The notes under the pieces are model-generated. The model was not told where the DNA came from. It searched no databases and was given only the letters and a program-made list of their open reading frames with translations. The translations under genes were made by a program, and so were the position numbers. A DNA stretch of 62,186 nucleotides from a virus (Duplodnaviria > Caudoviricetes), in IMG/VR virus record IMGVR_UViG_3300027956_000008, positions 1-62,186 of that record. One strand, given 5' to 3'. Shown here in pieces: positions 7,360 through 15,351 of this stretch (positions are counted from its first letter, which is position 1; every line of letters begins with the position of its first letter).

Positions 7360-7727
7360 AAATCCTCCATTTTGGCTTCAATCAACCTAGCATAGTAGGT
7401 CGATGGATGATGACTTATGTTTCCGCTTGTGTAGAGAGTTCTTAGGTAATTAGCCGCATCCAACATGCCGCGTTTGTATTCTCCTTGAAGTCTCCCTATC
7501 TCCTTATCCCTGTGTTTAATCATCTCCATCTGGTCATCATGGAGGTGATAGAGTTGGTGGTTTTCCTTGGTTAGTCTCTCCATTTCTGCGCGGAGTTCGG
7601 TGATTTCTTTAACTCCCTCATCCAAAGCATCACAAATATCAGAGTAAAGTAATTGGAAATTAACATCTCCCATAGTTTTTGGAAGTTCTTGCTTAAGCAT
7701 CCGTAAAATTGATAGTTCTTTCATCAC
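7356..7727 (-). CDS. Coiled-coil hypothetical protein
   Basis: ORF track; ATGA coupling to the next gene. Confidence 0.7.
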   Translation of the reverse strand: MMKELSILRMLKQELPKTMGDVNFQLLYSDICDALDEGVKEITELRAEMERLTKENHQLYHLHDDQMEMIKHRDKEIGRLQGEYKRGMLDAANYLRTLYTSGNISHHPSTYYARLIEAKMEDL

Positions 7728-7799
7728 TCACCTTCCTTCTCTGTCCCCATATAAAGCATTTACAACCACTGTATTTCCCACACTTAGGGCATGGCCTCA

Positions 7800-8174
7800 T
7801 TATTCACCTTCCTTCCATCCCAGAAACTCCGTTAAGAACTCCGCGAGGAGTATAGGGAATGTTTGAGGGTTTATAAACTTTAAATTATCTCTGGAACATT
7901 GGCATATAGACGGCATAGTAGTTCTTAGGAATTTATCCCACCACTCTTCCTTCTGGGCTTTCTCCCAGAGGATGCCTAAGCCGGACCAAGTGAAGAGGTC
8001 TTGGACAGGTTCTCTGGCGAAGCCGTCTTCACCGGTGTACACAAACTCATCAGCTTTACATTTCACGCACGTAAACGTAGTTGAGGTTGGCCTTGTGTGT
8101 GCATTCCACTCATGCCAACAGCCACCAAGGAACTTCTCAGTGAGGAACTTACTGATTGCTTCTTGTTTGTTCAT
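7800..8174 (-). CDS. Hypothetical phage protein
   Basis: GGAGG RBS before MNKQ at 8174; CWHEW...CVKC. Confidence 0.7.
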   Translation of the reverse strand: MNKQEAISKFLTEKFLGGCWHEWNAHTRPTSTTFTCVKCKADEFVYTGEDGFAREPVQDLFTWSGLGILWEKAQKEEWWDKFLRTTMPSICQCSRDNLKFINPQTFPILLAEFLTEFLGWKEGE

Positions 8175-8518
8175 TTCAACCTCCCCATCTCTGCCCCTAC
8201 TCGGCAAGATGCAAGTCGTCTAGCGGCTGATTTGTCGGTTCCGTAGGGTTCATTAGTGTGTATGTGGTCAGATGGAGAAAACGAAGTAGGGGTTTTCCAG
8301 TAGTGAGCGGCAACTTCAAGTCTGTTCGTTATTGGATTTATTTTTTTCCACTCAATATCAATCTCCAACTGCGATTCCATCTCGGAACCGTCGGCGTTGG
8401 ATGTGAAGGGGTTCCACATTCTAGGCCCGTTGAGATAGAATTTATCATCTAGCCAGTAGCCTTCATACCCCATCGCCTTAGCGCACAGTTCGATGATTTC
8501 TTTCTGCTCGGTAGTCAT
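8171..8518 (-). CDS. Phage protein, NinX/ABA-sandwich-like
   Basis: LCAKAMG...WNPFTSNADG...AARRLASCRVGAEMG pattern. Confidence 0.55.
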   Translation of the reverse strand: MTTEQKEIIELCAKAMGYEGYWLDDKFYLNGPRMWNPFTSNADGSEMESQLEIDIEWKKINPITNRLEVAAHYWKTPTSFSPSDHIHTNEPYGTDKSAARRLASCRVGAEMGRLK

Positions 8519-8775
8519 AGTGGTTTACCTCCAAGGCCACAGTAGCCAGTTCTCGTTTGTTTATCGTTAGGGATTCCGGTTAGATATTCGTTCCATCTCC
8601 ACATCATACACTCAGAGGCGATGCATAGACACGAGGCTGGGACGATAAACCCTTCAGGTTGGCTTACTTTATTATAAGCACTTTTTATATCTGTAATCTC
8701 ATCTGATTCATTCGTGATAATAGCTGCTGTCCTCGCCATCGGACACCATTTAGTCTTAGCTTCTTCGGTAGTCAT
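8515..8775 (-). CDS. Cys-containing phage protein
   Basis: EEAKTKWCPMAR...CIASECMMWRW...GYCGLGGKP. Confidence 0.7.
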   Translation of the reverse strand: MTTEEAKTKWCPMARTAAIITNESDEITDIKSAYNKVSQPEGFIVPASCLCIASECMMWRWNEYLTGIPNDKQTRTGYCGLGGKPL

Positions 8776-9081
8776 TACTTCCTCCTAGTAGCAGTTTTTT
8801 ATACGTTTTCATAAGCAAAGGAATCTACAATGTGTTGTTTAACTTTAATCTTTGTTGAATAAAGGAATATTACTGTGTTCATACTATCCCCTACGTTTGC
8901 CCTTATACGGCTTAATTGTTTACAGAAATCCATATTTTTCAAGAAATTATGTTTAGTTGCATATTCTCTGATAACCTCTATGGGAATATCGTTAATCTCC
9001 CACCAAGTTGTATTTAAGTAAAGCTTTTCTATCTTGAGTTACTTATGAGTTTCTTTGATTGTATTGATCTTATCCTCTAAG

Positions 9082-9381
9082 TCAATGAGATTCATTTAGT
9101 TTCTCCTTTTTTTGTTGAAGTGTATTTTCATTAAGGTCTACATCGGAAAGGAGAGGTTCATTTAGATTCACCTCATAGTAGTCAATAGTTTGGGCTGCTA
9201 TAATTACCGAGAAGATAAAGAATAGCAGGACAAAACCTTTCATTTTTTTGTTCATTTTCTTCGCACCTTTCCATTGCTTCACAATTTTCACATTTAATTT
9301 CCGGTTCAATCGGTTTGAGGAATCTAGCATCTTTACCGCCGAAATTGATAAAGAAATCCCCGCAACAATCACACTTTTCAC
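9082..9381 (-). CDS. Small membrane/secreted protein (probable start MNKKMKG)
   Basis: Hydrophobic segment FVLLFFIFSVIIAA; 5' part overlaps 9182..9406. Confidence 0.5.
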   Translation of the reverse strand: MKSVIVAGISLSISAVKMLDSSNRLNRKLNVKIVKQWKGAKKMNKKMKGFVLLFFIFSVIIAAQTIDYYEVNLNEPLLSDVDLNENTLQQKKEKLNESH

Positions 9382-9438
9382 GACTTTTTATCGCTTTGAT
9401 TTTCACATTTGTTACTCCTTTTTACATTTGTTACTCCT

Positions 9439-9738
9439 TTAATATTCATCCCAAGCAATGTCATTCTCTTCCAAAAAGCGGGTAAGTGGGGCATAGGTTT
9501 GACCCCACTTATTAGCTCTGACAATTAAATTGCCAATATTTGTTTCTTCTGTTATTACCTTGTGGTCGGCATAAGGTACTTGTAATACTAAGCTAGACTT
9601 GCAAAGCCAAGAAGCATAAGACCTGTCATCATTCTCCATTGCATATTTAATTTCTTCTTCAGTACCATTCTGCTCATACGTTAAAATTAGCCCTGCTTTA
9701 ACTGCTTTGTCTTTGTTAAACAAAATATCTAAGCCCAT
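9439..9738 (-). CDS. Hypothetical protein
   Basis: AAGGAG RBS; first gene of this leftward block. Confidence 0.75.
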   Translation of the reverse strand: MGLDILFNKDKAVKAGLILTYEQNGTEEEIKYAMENDDRSYASWLCKSSLVLQVPYADHKVITEETNIGNLIVRANKWGQTYAPLTRFLEENDIAWDEY

Positions 9739-9886
9739 GATGTTTACTCCTTACAGTTAGAGAAATAAAAGAAAGAAACCAAATAAACGGACTAATGGGT
9801 TTTGATCTGAAAGAGAGTTAGATGGGAGAAGGGAGCGGAAGAAGAAAGAAGTTGACAATCTGACCTGCTTATGAGATTATCTTCTT

Positions 9887-9990
9887 GTCTTTCGCGGGAC
9901 AAAGCATTACAAAACAATTTCAACAAAGTCCCACTTAACCCTGCTTTCTACCTCCCCGCGAAGGACGTAAGAAGTGGGGCTTTGTTTTTG
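9887..9990 (+). ncRNA. Candidate structured RNA (pseudoknot or attenuator)
   Basis: 14-bp stem 9923-9936/9972-9985 followed by a U-run; loop segment 9955-9966 is complementary to 9887-9898; TTGACA at 9852. Confidence 0.45.
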
Positions 9991-10750
9991 TAAGACATTC
10001 ATGTTGGACAGGGTAACAGTCAGCAGCATGAATGGTTTGGTCTACACTGGGCTGGGCGCAAAGTAGACGACGTGGGTAAATTCTAGAGCGTGCGTGAATG
10101 GTGCTAGCAGCACTCGATAGTCTAGGAAGAAGGTTAGCAACTGCTAGGGATGCTAATCCGTCTAGGGATGCTGAGATGGAACTCAGAAACATATCCTTAA
10201 GACGTAAATCTGAACAGTACACTTCCTTAATGGGTTGCTACTGGATGGATTTTTACGTCTTGAACACTAAACAGAATCTAGAAACATATTAAACTTCAAA
10301 AACATATAAACAAACTTAGTTAAAAATCCCTCAATTTCTAGTAAGAAATTCTGCTAATATCCTTTGATTATCTCTTCTTAGCTAATAGAGTACATAAAAC
10401 CAACCTAAATACTGTCAAATAAATGACACCTTACAATAACGGCAAAACTCCCTTCTCAAAATCCTATCAATACTGACAAATCCTGCTCAGCCTGCTTATC
10501 TGCCTGCTAGTCTACTAATTACATAGGATAGAGTAAACAACTTAGGTTCATCCAAAAGGTAACTAAAAGACAATTAAACTTAAAGATAAATACCTAAATA
10601 CATACTAAAATACATACCTTTCCAATGTGATAGTACGCGTATATTCTGTTTACTTATTAATAGATACGAGAAGCAGCCTATCAATGAATAGTAGGAAGGG
10701 CAAGCATATCAGTAGTTTAGCCCCACCCAATGAAGGGCAGGGCTATTGGT

Positions 10751-10894
10751 TCACCTGTCAGCATATTTCTCATTATCGTTGGGATAGCGCACAGGAGTCA
10801 GTACTTTGGCGTTCCCTTCTGTTACCTTTGCAGACTGGTTACGACGAAGAATGTGGCCTTGAGCAGTCCTTTTATCATCATTTTTGTCGAGCAT
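10751..10894 (-). CDS. 47-aa protein MLDKNDDKRTAQGHILRR..., divergent from the RHH gene
   Basis: Translated by hand; AAGGA RBS; hairpin downstream at about 10720-10745. Confidence 0.5.
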   Translation of the reverse strand: MLDKNDDKRTAQGHILRRNQSAKVTEGNAKVLTPVRYPNDNEKYADR

Positions 10895-10914
10895 AAGGCT
10901 ATTCCTTTCTTGTT

Positions 10915-10955
10915 TTGTGTACACAAGCATGATAAAGTATCTTCAACGTGTACAC
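10915..10955 (+). promoter_or_regulatory. Promoter with two GTGTACAC palindromic operators
   Basis: TTGTGT-17 bp-TATCTT; TTGTGTACACAA at 10915-10926 and GTGTACAC at 10948-10955. Confidence 0.6.
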
Positions 10956-10970
10956 ACTAAGGAGGTTGTT

Positions 10971-11240
10971 ATGGAAGGTCGTCTTGTTGTAAGAATGCCC
11001 GATGAGCAAAAGAGAGTTTATGAGGAGACTGCTAAGGTCAGAGGATTATCTTTGTCTGACCTAGTGAGAACCCTGCTTGATGAAGCTAGCGGTGTTCGCC
11101 TTGCTTCTATCCCTTCCAAACCCACCAAGATTATCAAAACAGTTCAAGACATACCAAAGAAGGAAAGTCAACGTTTGTGCTATTGTATATACTGCAAAGC
11201 ACAAAGAGCAAAGGGTAGTTCAGATACTTGTGGAAGGTGA
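10971..11240 (+). CDS. Ribbon-helix-helix (CopG/Arc-like) regulator with C-terminal CxCxxC
   Basis: RLVVRMPDEQKRVYEETAKVRGLSLSDLVRTLLDE; AAGGAGG RBS before ATG 10971. Confidence 0.8.
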   Translation: MEGRLVVRMPDEQKRVYEETAKVRGLSLSDLVRTLLDEASGVRLASIPSKPTKIIKTVQDIPKKESQRLCYCIYCKAQRAKGSSDTCGR

Positions 11241-11247
11241 GAGTCTA

Positions 11248-11284
11248 AGCCCTAGAGACAGCAATTACACTGCCTGCTAGGGCT
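11248..11284. terminator. Hairpin between convergent genes
   Basis: AGCCCTAG...CTAGGGCT; no clear U-tract. Confidence 0.45.
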
Positions 11285-11304
11285 AAGAGAAGGATCAGTT
11301 CCAA

Positions 11305-11685
11305 TTACTTCTTCTTGCCTGAAGAAGCGAAGGGGTCTTCAGCAATCTCTTCGACTGTTGAGCCGATTAAGCTGTTCAAAGCATCCTCGTCATAAGCAGG
11401 AGCTTCATATTTCGGAGCCGAGTAAGCAAGGTTCTTCGCATTAGCAGGAACGAGGTAAAGAGCAGAGCCAAGAACTTCCTTGTCAAAGCCGTCAGCGTCA
11501 AAGGCAATCGAAGCCTTCTTGGTCAGTTTAGCAGGGAGCAGATGAGCAGGAATCTTAGCGTTTGGAACAGTGAGGTAGTTCCCTTCTCCGTCTTGCATTT
11601 TCAGTCGAGCGAACGCAAACTGCTCGCCAGTGGTGAAGTCAGTGAACAAACGGTCGGAATTCAGCTCTGCGAAGTATCTGGACAT
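11305..11685 (-). CDS. Hypothetical early protein, possibly OB-fold/SSB-like
   Basis: AGGAG RBS before MSRYF; beta-rich N-terminus and acidic tail EEIAEDPF. Confidence 0.7.
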   Translation of the reverse strand: MSRYFAELNSDRLFTDFTTGEQFAFARLKMQDGEGNYLTVPNAKIPAHLLPAKLTKKASIAFDADGFDKEVLGSALYLVPANAKNLAYSAPKYEAPAYDEDALNSLIGSTVEEIAEDPFASSGKKK

Positions 11686-11715
11686 GGGAATCTCCTGCGC
11701 TGAGTCACAGCTTGC

Positions 11716-11796
11716 GGGTTGTTGGACTGCTAATAAACAAAGAAAACTCACACCAACGGACTATTAGGTTCTGACCTCTAACTAACAAGATAAGAG
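11716..11796 (-). repeat. Duplicated leader/promoter module, copy 1
   Basis: GGGTTGTTG.ACTGCT-AATAAACAAA-CTCAC-ACGGACTA.TAGGT..TGACCT-AACTAACAAG-AAGAG shared with 12109-12206. Confidence 0.85.
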
Positions 11797-11820
11797 TAGA
11801 TAGACTACGGAGATGGGGTC

Positions 11821-11925
11821 TTAGAATGGACAAGCAGCATCACGGAACTCAATGATCTTCCCTGTGAGTCTCTTGTTGCGGTTACGAGCACGTTTACACA
11901 TTGAACAAAGATCAAACTTTTCCAT
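11821..11925 (-). CDS. 34-aa microprotein MEKFDLCSMCKRARN...ACPF
   Basis: Translated by hand; AAGGAG RBS. Confidence 0.6.
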   Translation of the reverse strand: MEKFDLCSMCKRARNRNKRLTGKIIEFRDAACPF

Positions 11926-11936
11926 GACAGTTCTCC

Positions 11937-12092
11937 TTAGTTAGTGTTTGGTTTATTGAGCCAATCATAAATATCGCTAACGGTTGCCTCTTTGTTCACG
12001 TAATCAACTGCCTTTACAGTTGTAGCCCAATCCATAAATGAAACTGAGTAGAACCCGTTGTTTTCGTTAATCCTCACATAATACTGCTTCAC
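11937..12092 (-). CDS. Small hypothetical protein (GTG start, MKQYYVRIN...)
   Basis: AAGGAG RBS 7 nt upstream of GTG at 12092. Confidence 0.7.
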   Translation of the reverse strand: MKQYYVRINENNGFYSVSFMDWATTVKAVDYVNKEATVSDIYDWLNKPNTN

Positions 12093-12108
12093 GGCTAATC
12101 TCCTTGTT

Positions 12109-12206
12109 GGGTTGTTGACCTGCTTATCTTCTTTTAGATGAATAAACAAACTCACTAACACGGACTAATAGGTCTTGACCTATACATAACAACTAACAAG
12201 GAAGAG
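12109..12206 (-). repeat. Duplicated leader/promoter module, copy 2
   Basis: See copy 1; contains the perfect palindrome ATAGGTC-TT-GACCTAT. Confidence 0.85.
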
Positions 12207-12442
12207 AACCGACGAAGGCTGGTGTAACAATACATACGAAGACGAGAGGCCCCCACACCCACACCCCCCCGTTCTGTGACTCTGGTTTTACCACTAGCAT
12301 GCACAACACCATCATTTTTAGCTTTGAACATATTTCTACACATATTTGACAAAGAAACCCTTTAAGGAGTAGCCTTTCTGTAGTTTTACACAAGCATTTA
12401 ATAAGGGTTTGAAGAGATAAAAAACAAAAGGTAGGTAATGAT

Positions 12443-13099
12443 ATGGGTAAACACGGTGCTCCTATGAAAAAAGCTCCTAAGAGGGCGATTAGAGAGAAAG
12501 ATGGTGCTGAGGTTTTGATTGACCCTAGTAATGGTCAGTTTCTTCCTAAGCCAGAGAACGAACAATATTGTGAAGCTAAGAAAAGACTTGGAGAAACTAA
12601 TAAGGTAGTCAAGAAGCCTATCTCTAGGATAGATGCCGGTATGACCCGTAGGGGGAATAAGAAGAAGTACAGTCCTACCCGTATGGCTAATATGATAAAC
12701 AAATACTTTAAGTGGTGTGAAGATGAAGATGAAATACCCTCTACTAAAGGTATGATGATTCATTTAAAGATGAGCAGGGATATGTTCTATATCTATGCGA
12801 AGTATCCAGAGTACACAGACATAATGGATCACGCTCGTATGATTATGACCAATTGGATAGAGAACGATATTTATAATACTCAAGGGTTGGCAGCCGGGAA
12901 GATAGGTTGGGCTAAGAACAATCTAGGTTGGGCCGACAAGCTAGAGACAAGCAATACAAGTACCGTAACTACTATTTCCACAGAAGAGGCTAGGCTTAAG
13001 ATTGAGTCTTTAGCTCCTATGCTTCTTGAACTCTTGAAGAACTCAAATCTAGTCAACCAATTAAGCCCACCTATAAACATTACTCCTGAGAAAGAATAA
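12443..13099 (+). CDS. terS: Terminase small subunit (DNA-packaging gp3-like)
   Basis: INKYFKWC...PSTKGMMIHLKMSRDMFYIY...AKNNLGWADK pattern; upstream of TerL. Confidence 0.75.
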   Translation: MGKHGAPMKKAPKRAIREKDGAEVLIDPSNGQFLPKPENEQYCEAKKRLGETNKVVKKPISRIDAGMTRRGNKKKYSPTRMANMINKYFKWCEDEDEIPSTKGMMIHLKMSRDMFYIYAKYPEYTDIMDHARMIMTNWIENDIYNTQGLAAGKIGWAKNNLGWADKLETSNTSTVTTISTEEARLKIESLAPMLLELLKNSNLVNQLSPPINITPEKE

Positions 13100-13103
13100 C
13101 TTT

Positions 13104-13379
13104 ATGCTTGAAGCTTCTATTATTAAATGTTCTATCCTTCAAGATCAAAAGACTAATGGCACTGTAGTTATGGGTGTAGCTCAATACGGTGAAGATATGA
13201 TTAACTTCAAGGCCGCTTACGATTGGGAGACTTTAGATAAAGATGGTTTCATAGAAGACCTGAGGCAACAGATAGCAGAAGGGTTTGATCTACCTGTTTA
13301 CAGGGTAGATGTTAGGTCTAAAATGCTGTTAGATAAGATGTGTCATTATGGAGTGGCTAATAAAGGAACTAGACAATGA
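13104..13379 (+). CDS. Hypothetical protein
   Basis: Operon packing. Confidence 0.65.
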   Translation: MLEASIIKCSILQDQKTNGTVVMGVAQYGEDMINFKAAYDWETLDKDGFIEDLRQQIAEGFDLPVYRVDVRSKMLLDKMCHYGVANKGTRQ

Positions 13380-13561
13380 GAATAGCGTGGCAAGGTACTT
13401 GTAAGTTCTGTAAAGGCCATGATTTTTTCTATCTTAAAGTAGAAGATAGAGACTGGGTAATGTGCTGCGATTATTGTGGGGAAGAACATTCTCGGAGGAG
13501 GCCACCTAAAAAGAACCGCTTATTAGCTTTAATTGATAAGGCTGTTGGAGCGATTAAATGA
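13376..13561 (+). CDS. Zinc-ribbon protein
   Basis: CKFC...CDYCG; ATGA overlaps. Confidence 0.65.
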   Translation: MRIAWQGTCKFCKGHDFFYLKVEDRDWVMCCDYCGEEHSRRRPPKKNRLLALIDKAVGAIK

Positions 13562-13788
13562 GATTAGAAACTATAAAAACTTGGGCTGCTAGAACGGATA
13601 AATGCGATCACAAGTGGGTGCGCTATGAAGGGCTTGTCAAGATTAGTGACGAAGCGGGTTTAAATAATGATTTTAAGGGACTAAGCTATTGTCCTTATTG
13701 TTTTTCTTTTTGTGTAAGAACTGCGAATAATCTTGTGTTGAATTTCAGAAGCCCGTATTTACAAGTTGAGGAAGACAACAATGAGTAG
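13558..13788 (+). CDS. Small Cys/His protein
   Basis: CDHKW...YCPYC. Confidence 0.6.
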   Translation: MRLETIKTWAARTDKCDHKWVRYEGLVKISDEAGLNNDFKGLSYCPYCFSFCVRTANNLVLNFRSPYLQVEEDNNE

Positions 13789-15262
13789 ACTTGACGATTT
13801 AACAAAGAACCTCGCTCAAACAATGCTTCAACATCTCTCTGACCAACAACAGTTAGAGTTAGCTCAATGCCTTCAAGTCTTAGCAGACGATCAAAAGTAT
13901 AATGTCTTTAAGAATACTTTCCCTGATAATGGAGAGTTTCGTAGAGAGCTTTATCATAAGCACCTAGAGTTTTTTAAGGCAGGCGATAAATACAAAGAAC
14001 GTGCTGTGCTGGCTTCTAATCGCTCAGGAAAAACTATCGCGGCGGTATATGAGGCAACTTGCCATACTACAGGTTTGTACCCTAGTTGGTGGGAAGGTCG
14101 CACTTATTCAAGACCTGTATCGCTTCTTATGTCAGGTGATACTGCTCAGACTTGTAGGGATATTCTTCAACAAAAACTCTTAGGAAATGCTGGTGACTTT
14201 GGTAGTGGGATGATCCCTAAAGACTGTATCCTAGAGACTAAATCTAAACGTAATATACCTGATGCGGTTGAGACTATCCGTATCAAACATAAGTCCGGTG
14301 GAGTTTCTACGATAGTCTTTAAATCGTATGACCAAGGACGAGAAATATTCCAAGGTAACGAATATGATGGGATTTTTTTTGATGAGGAAGCTCCTTTAGA
14401 TTGTTACTCGGAAGCCATGATTAGAACTATGACTACAGGCGGCTTCACTGTACTAACATTCACCCCCTTACGGGGCTTGACCGATCTTGTTATTTCTTTC
14501 TTGGAGAACTCGCAAGATTCGGATGTAAAATACCCTAAGCACGTAACAAACATTACTTGGTGGGACGTACCTCACCTTAAACCCGAAGAGATTGAACAAA
14601 TGCTTGCTGCTACCCCTCCTCAATTGAGGGATGCTAGAAGTAAAGGTGTCCCAACTGTAGGTACTGGCCTAATTTATCCTGTAGCTTTAGAAAATATCAC
14701 TGTAGATGACTTCCAGATTCCTAAGCACTGGATGAGACATAACGGAATGGATGTCGGGTGGTCAGCCACAAGTTGCGTTTTTGGTGCTTGGGACAAAGAT
14801 AATGACATAATTTATATTTATTCTGAGCACAAACAAGGGCAAGCAGAACCGATTATCCATGCTAAGGCCATAAAAGCTAGAGGAGAGTGGATAAAGACCT
14901 CAATTGACCCTGCTTCTAGGGGGAGAAGTCAGATAGATGGAGAAAACTTGTATAATCTCTACCAAAAAGAAGGATTGAAGCTAATTCCCGCTAATAACGC
15001 TGTAGAATCAGGTATTTTTACTATGTGGGAGCGAATGACCACAGGTAGATTGAAGATATTTAAGTCTTGCACTGGTATTTTAAGGGAATTAAGTCTTTAT
15101 CATAGGGACGAAAACGGTAAGATAGTAAAGAAGAATGACCATTTACTTGATAGTAGTCGGTATCTTTTGAACGCTGAACAGTCTTGCTGGTCTTATCCTC
15201 AAGCTCCTAGCAACCAACAGAAGGTAGTAGATATTAGGCAGTACATGAATGCAATGGTTTAG
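13781..15262 (+). CDS. terL: Terminase large subunit (P22 gp2-like)
   Basis: Walker A ASNRSGKT, Walker B IFFDEE, coupling motif TFTP, nuclease GMDVGW and NDHLLDSSRY. Confidence 0.95.
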   Translation: MSRLDDLTKNLAQTMLQHLSDQQQLELAQCLQVLADDQKYNVFKNTFPDNGEFRRELYHKHLEFFKAGDKYKERAVLASNRSGKTIAAVYEATCHTTGLYPSWWEGRTYSRPVSLLMSGDTAQTCRDILQQKLLGNAGDFGSGMIPKDCILETKSKRNIPDAVETIRIKHKSGGVSTIVFKSYDQGREIFQGNEYDGIFFDEEAPLDCYSEAMIRTMTTGGFTVLTFTPLRGLTDLVISFLENSQDSDVKYPKHVTNITWWDVPHLKPEEIEQMLAATPPQLRDARSKGVPTVGTGLIYPVALENITVDDFQIPKHWMRHNGMDVGWSATSCVFGAWDKDNDIIYIYSEHKQGQAEPIIHAKAIKARGEWIKTSIDPASRGRSQIDGENLYNLYQKEGLKLIPANNAVESGIFTMWERMTTGRLKIFKSCTGILRELSLYHRDENGKIVKKNDHLLDSSRYLLNAEQSCWSYPQAPSNQQKVVDIRQYMNAMV

Positions 15263-15267
15263 GTGAT

Positions 15268-15327
15268 TTGACATTAACTAAATTTATCCGTCATAATATT
15301 GACAAGTAAATCGTCATTTTTTTGACA
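15268..15327 (+). promoter_or_regulatory. Promoter/operator cluster for structural genes
   Basis: TTGACA at 15268, 15299 and 15322; CATAAT at 15292; alternating TGAC/GTCA half-sites. Confidence 0.5.
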
Positions 15328-15351
15328 CTTTTTCATAAGGAGTACGTAGTT

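Noticed and set aside
9935-10292. ORFs 9935..10222 (-) and 10098..10292 (+)
   Set aside because: No convincing RBS or recognisable motifs, and they overlap each other and the structured element. Left uncalled, not excluded.
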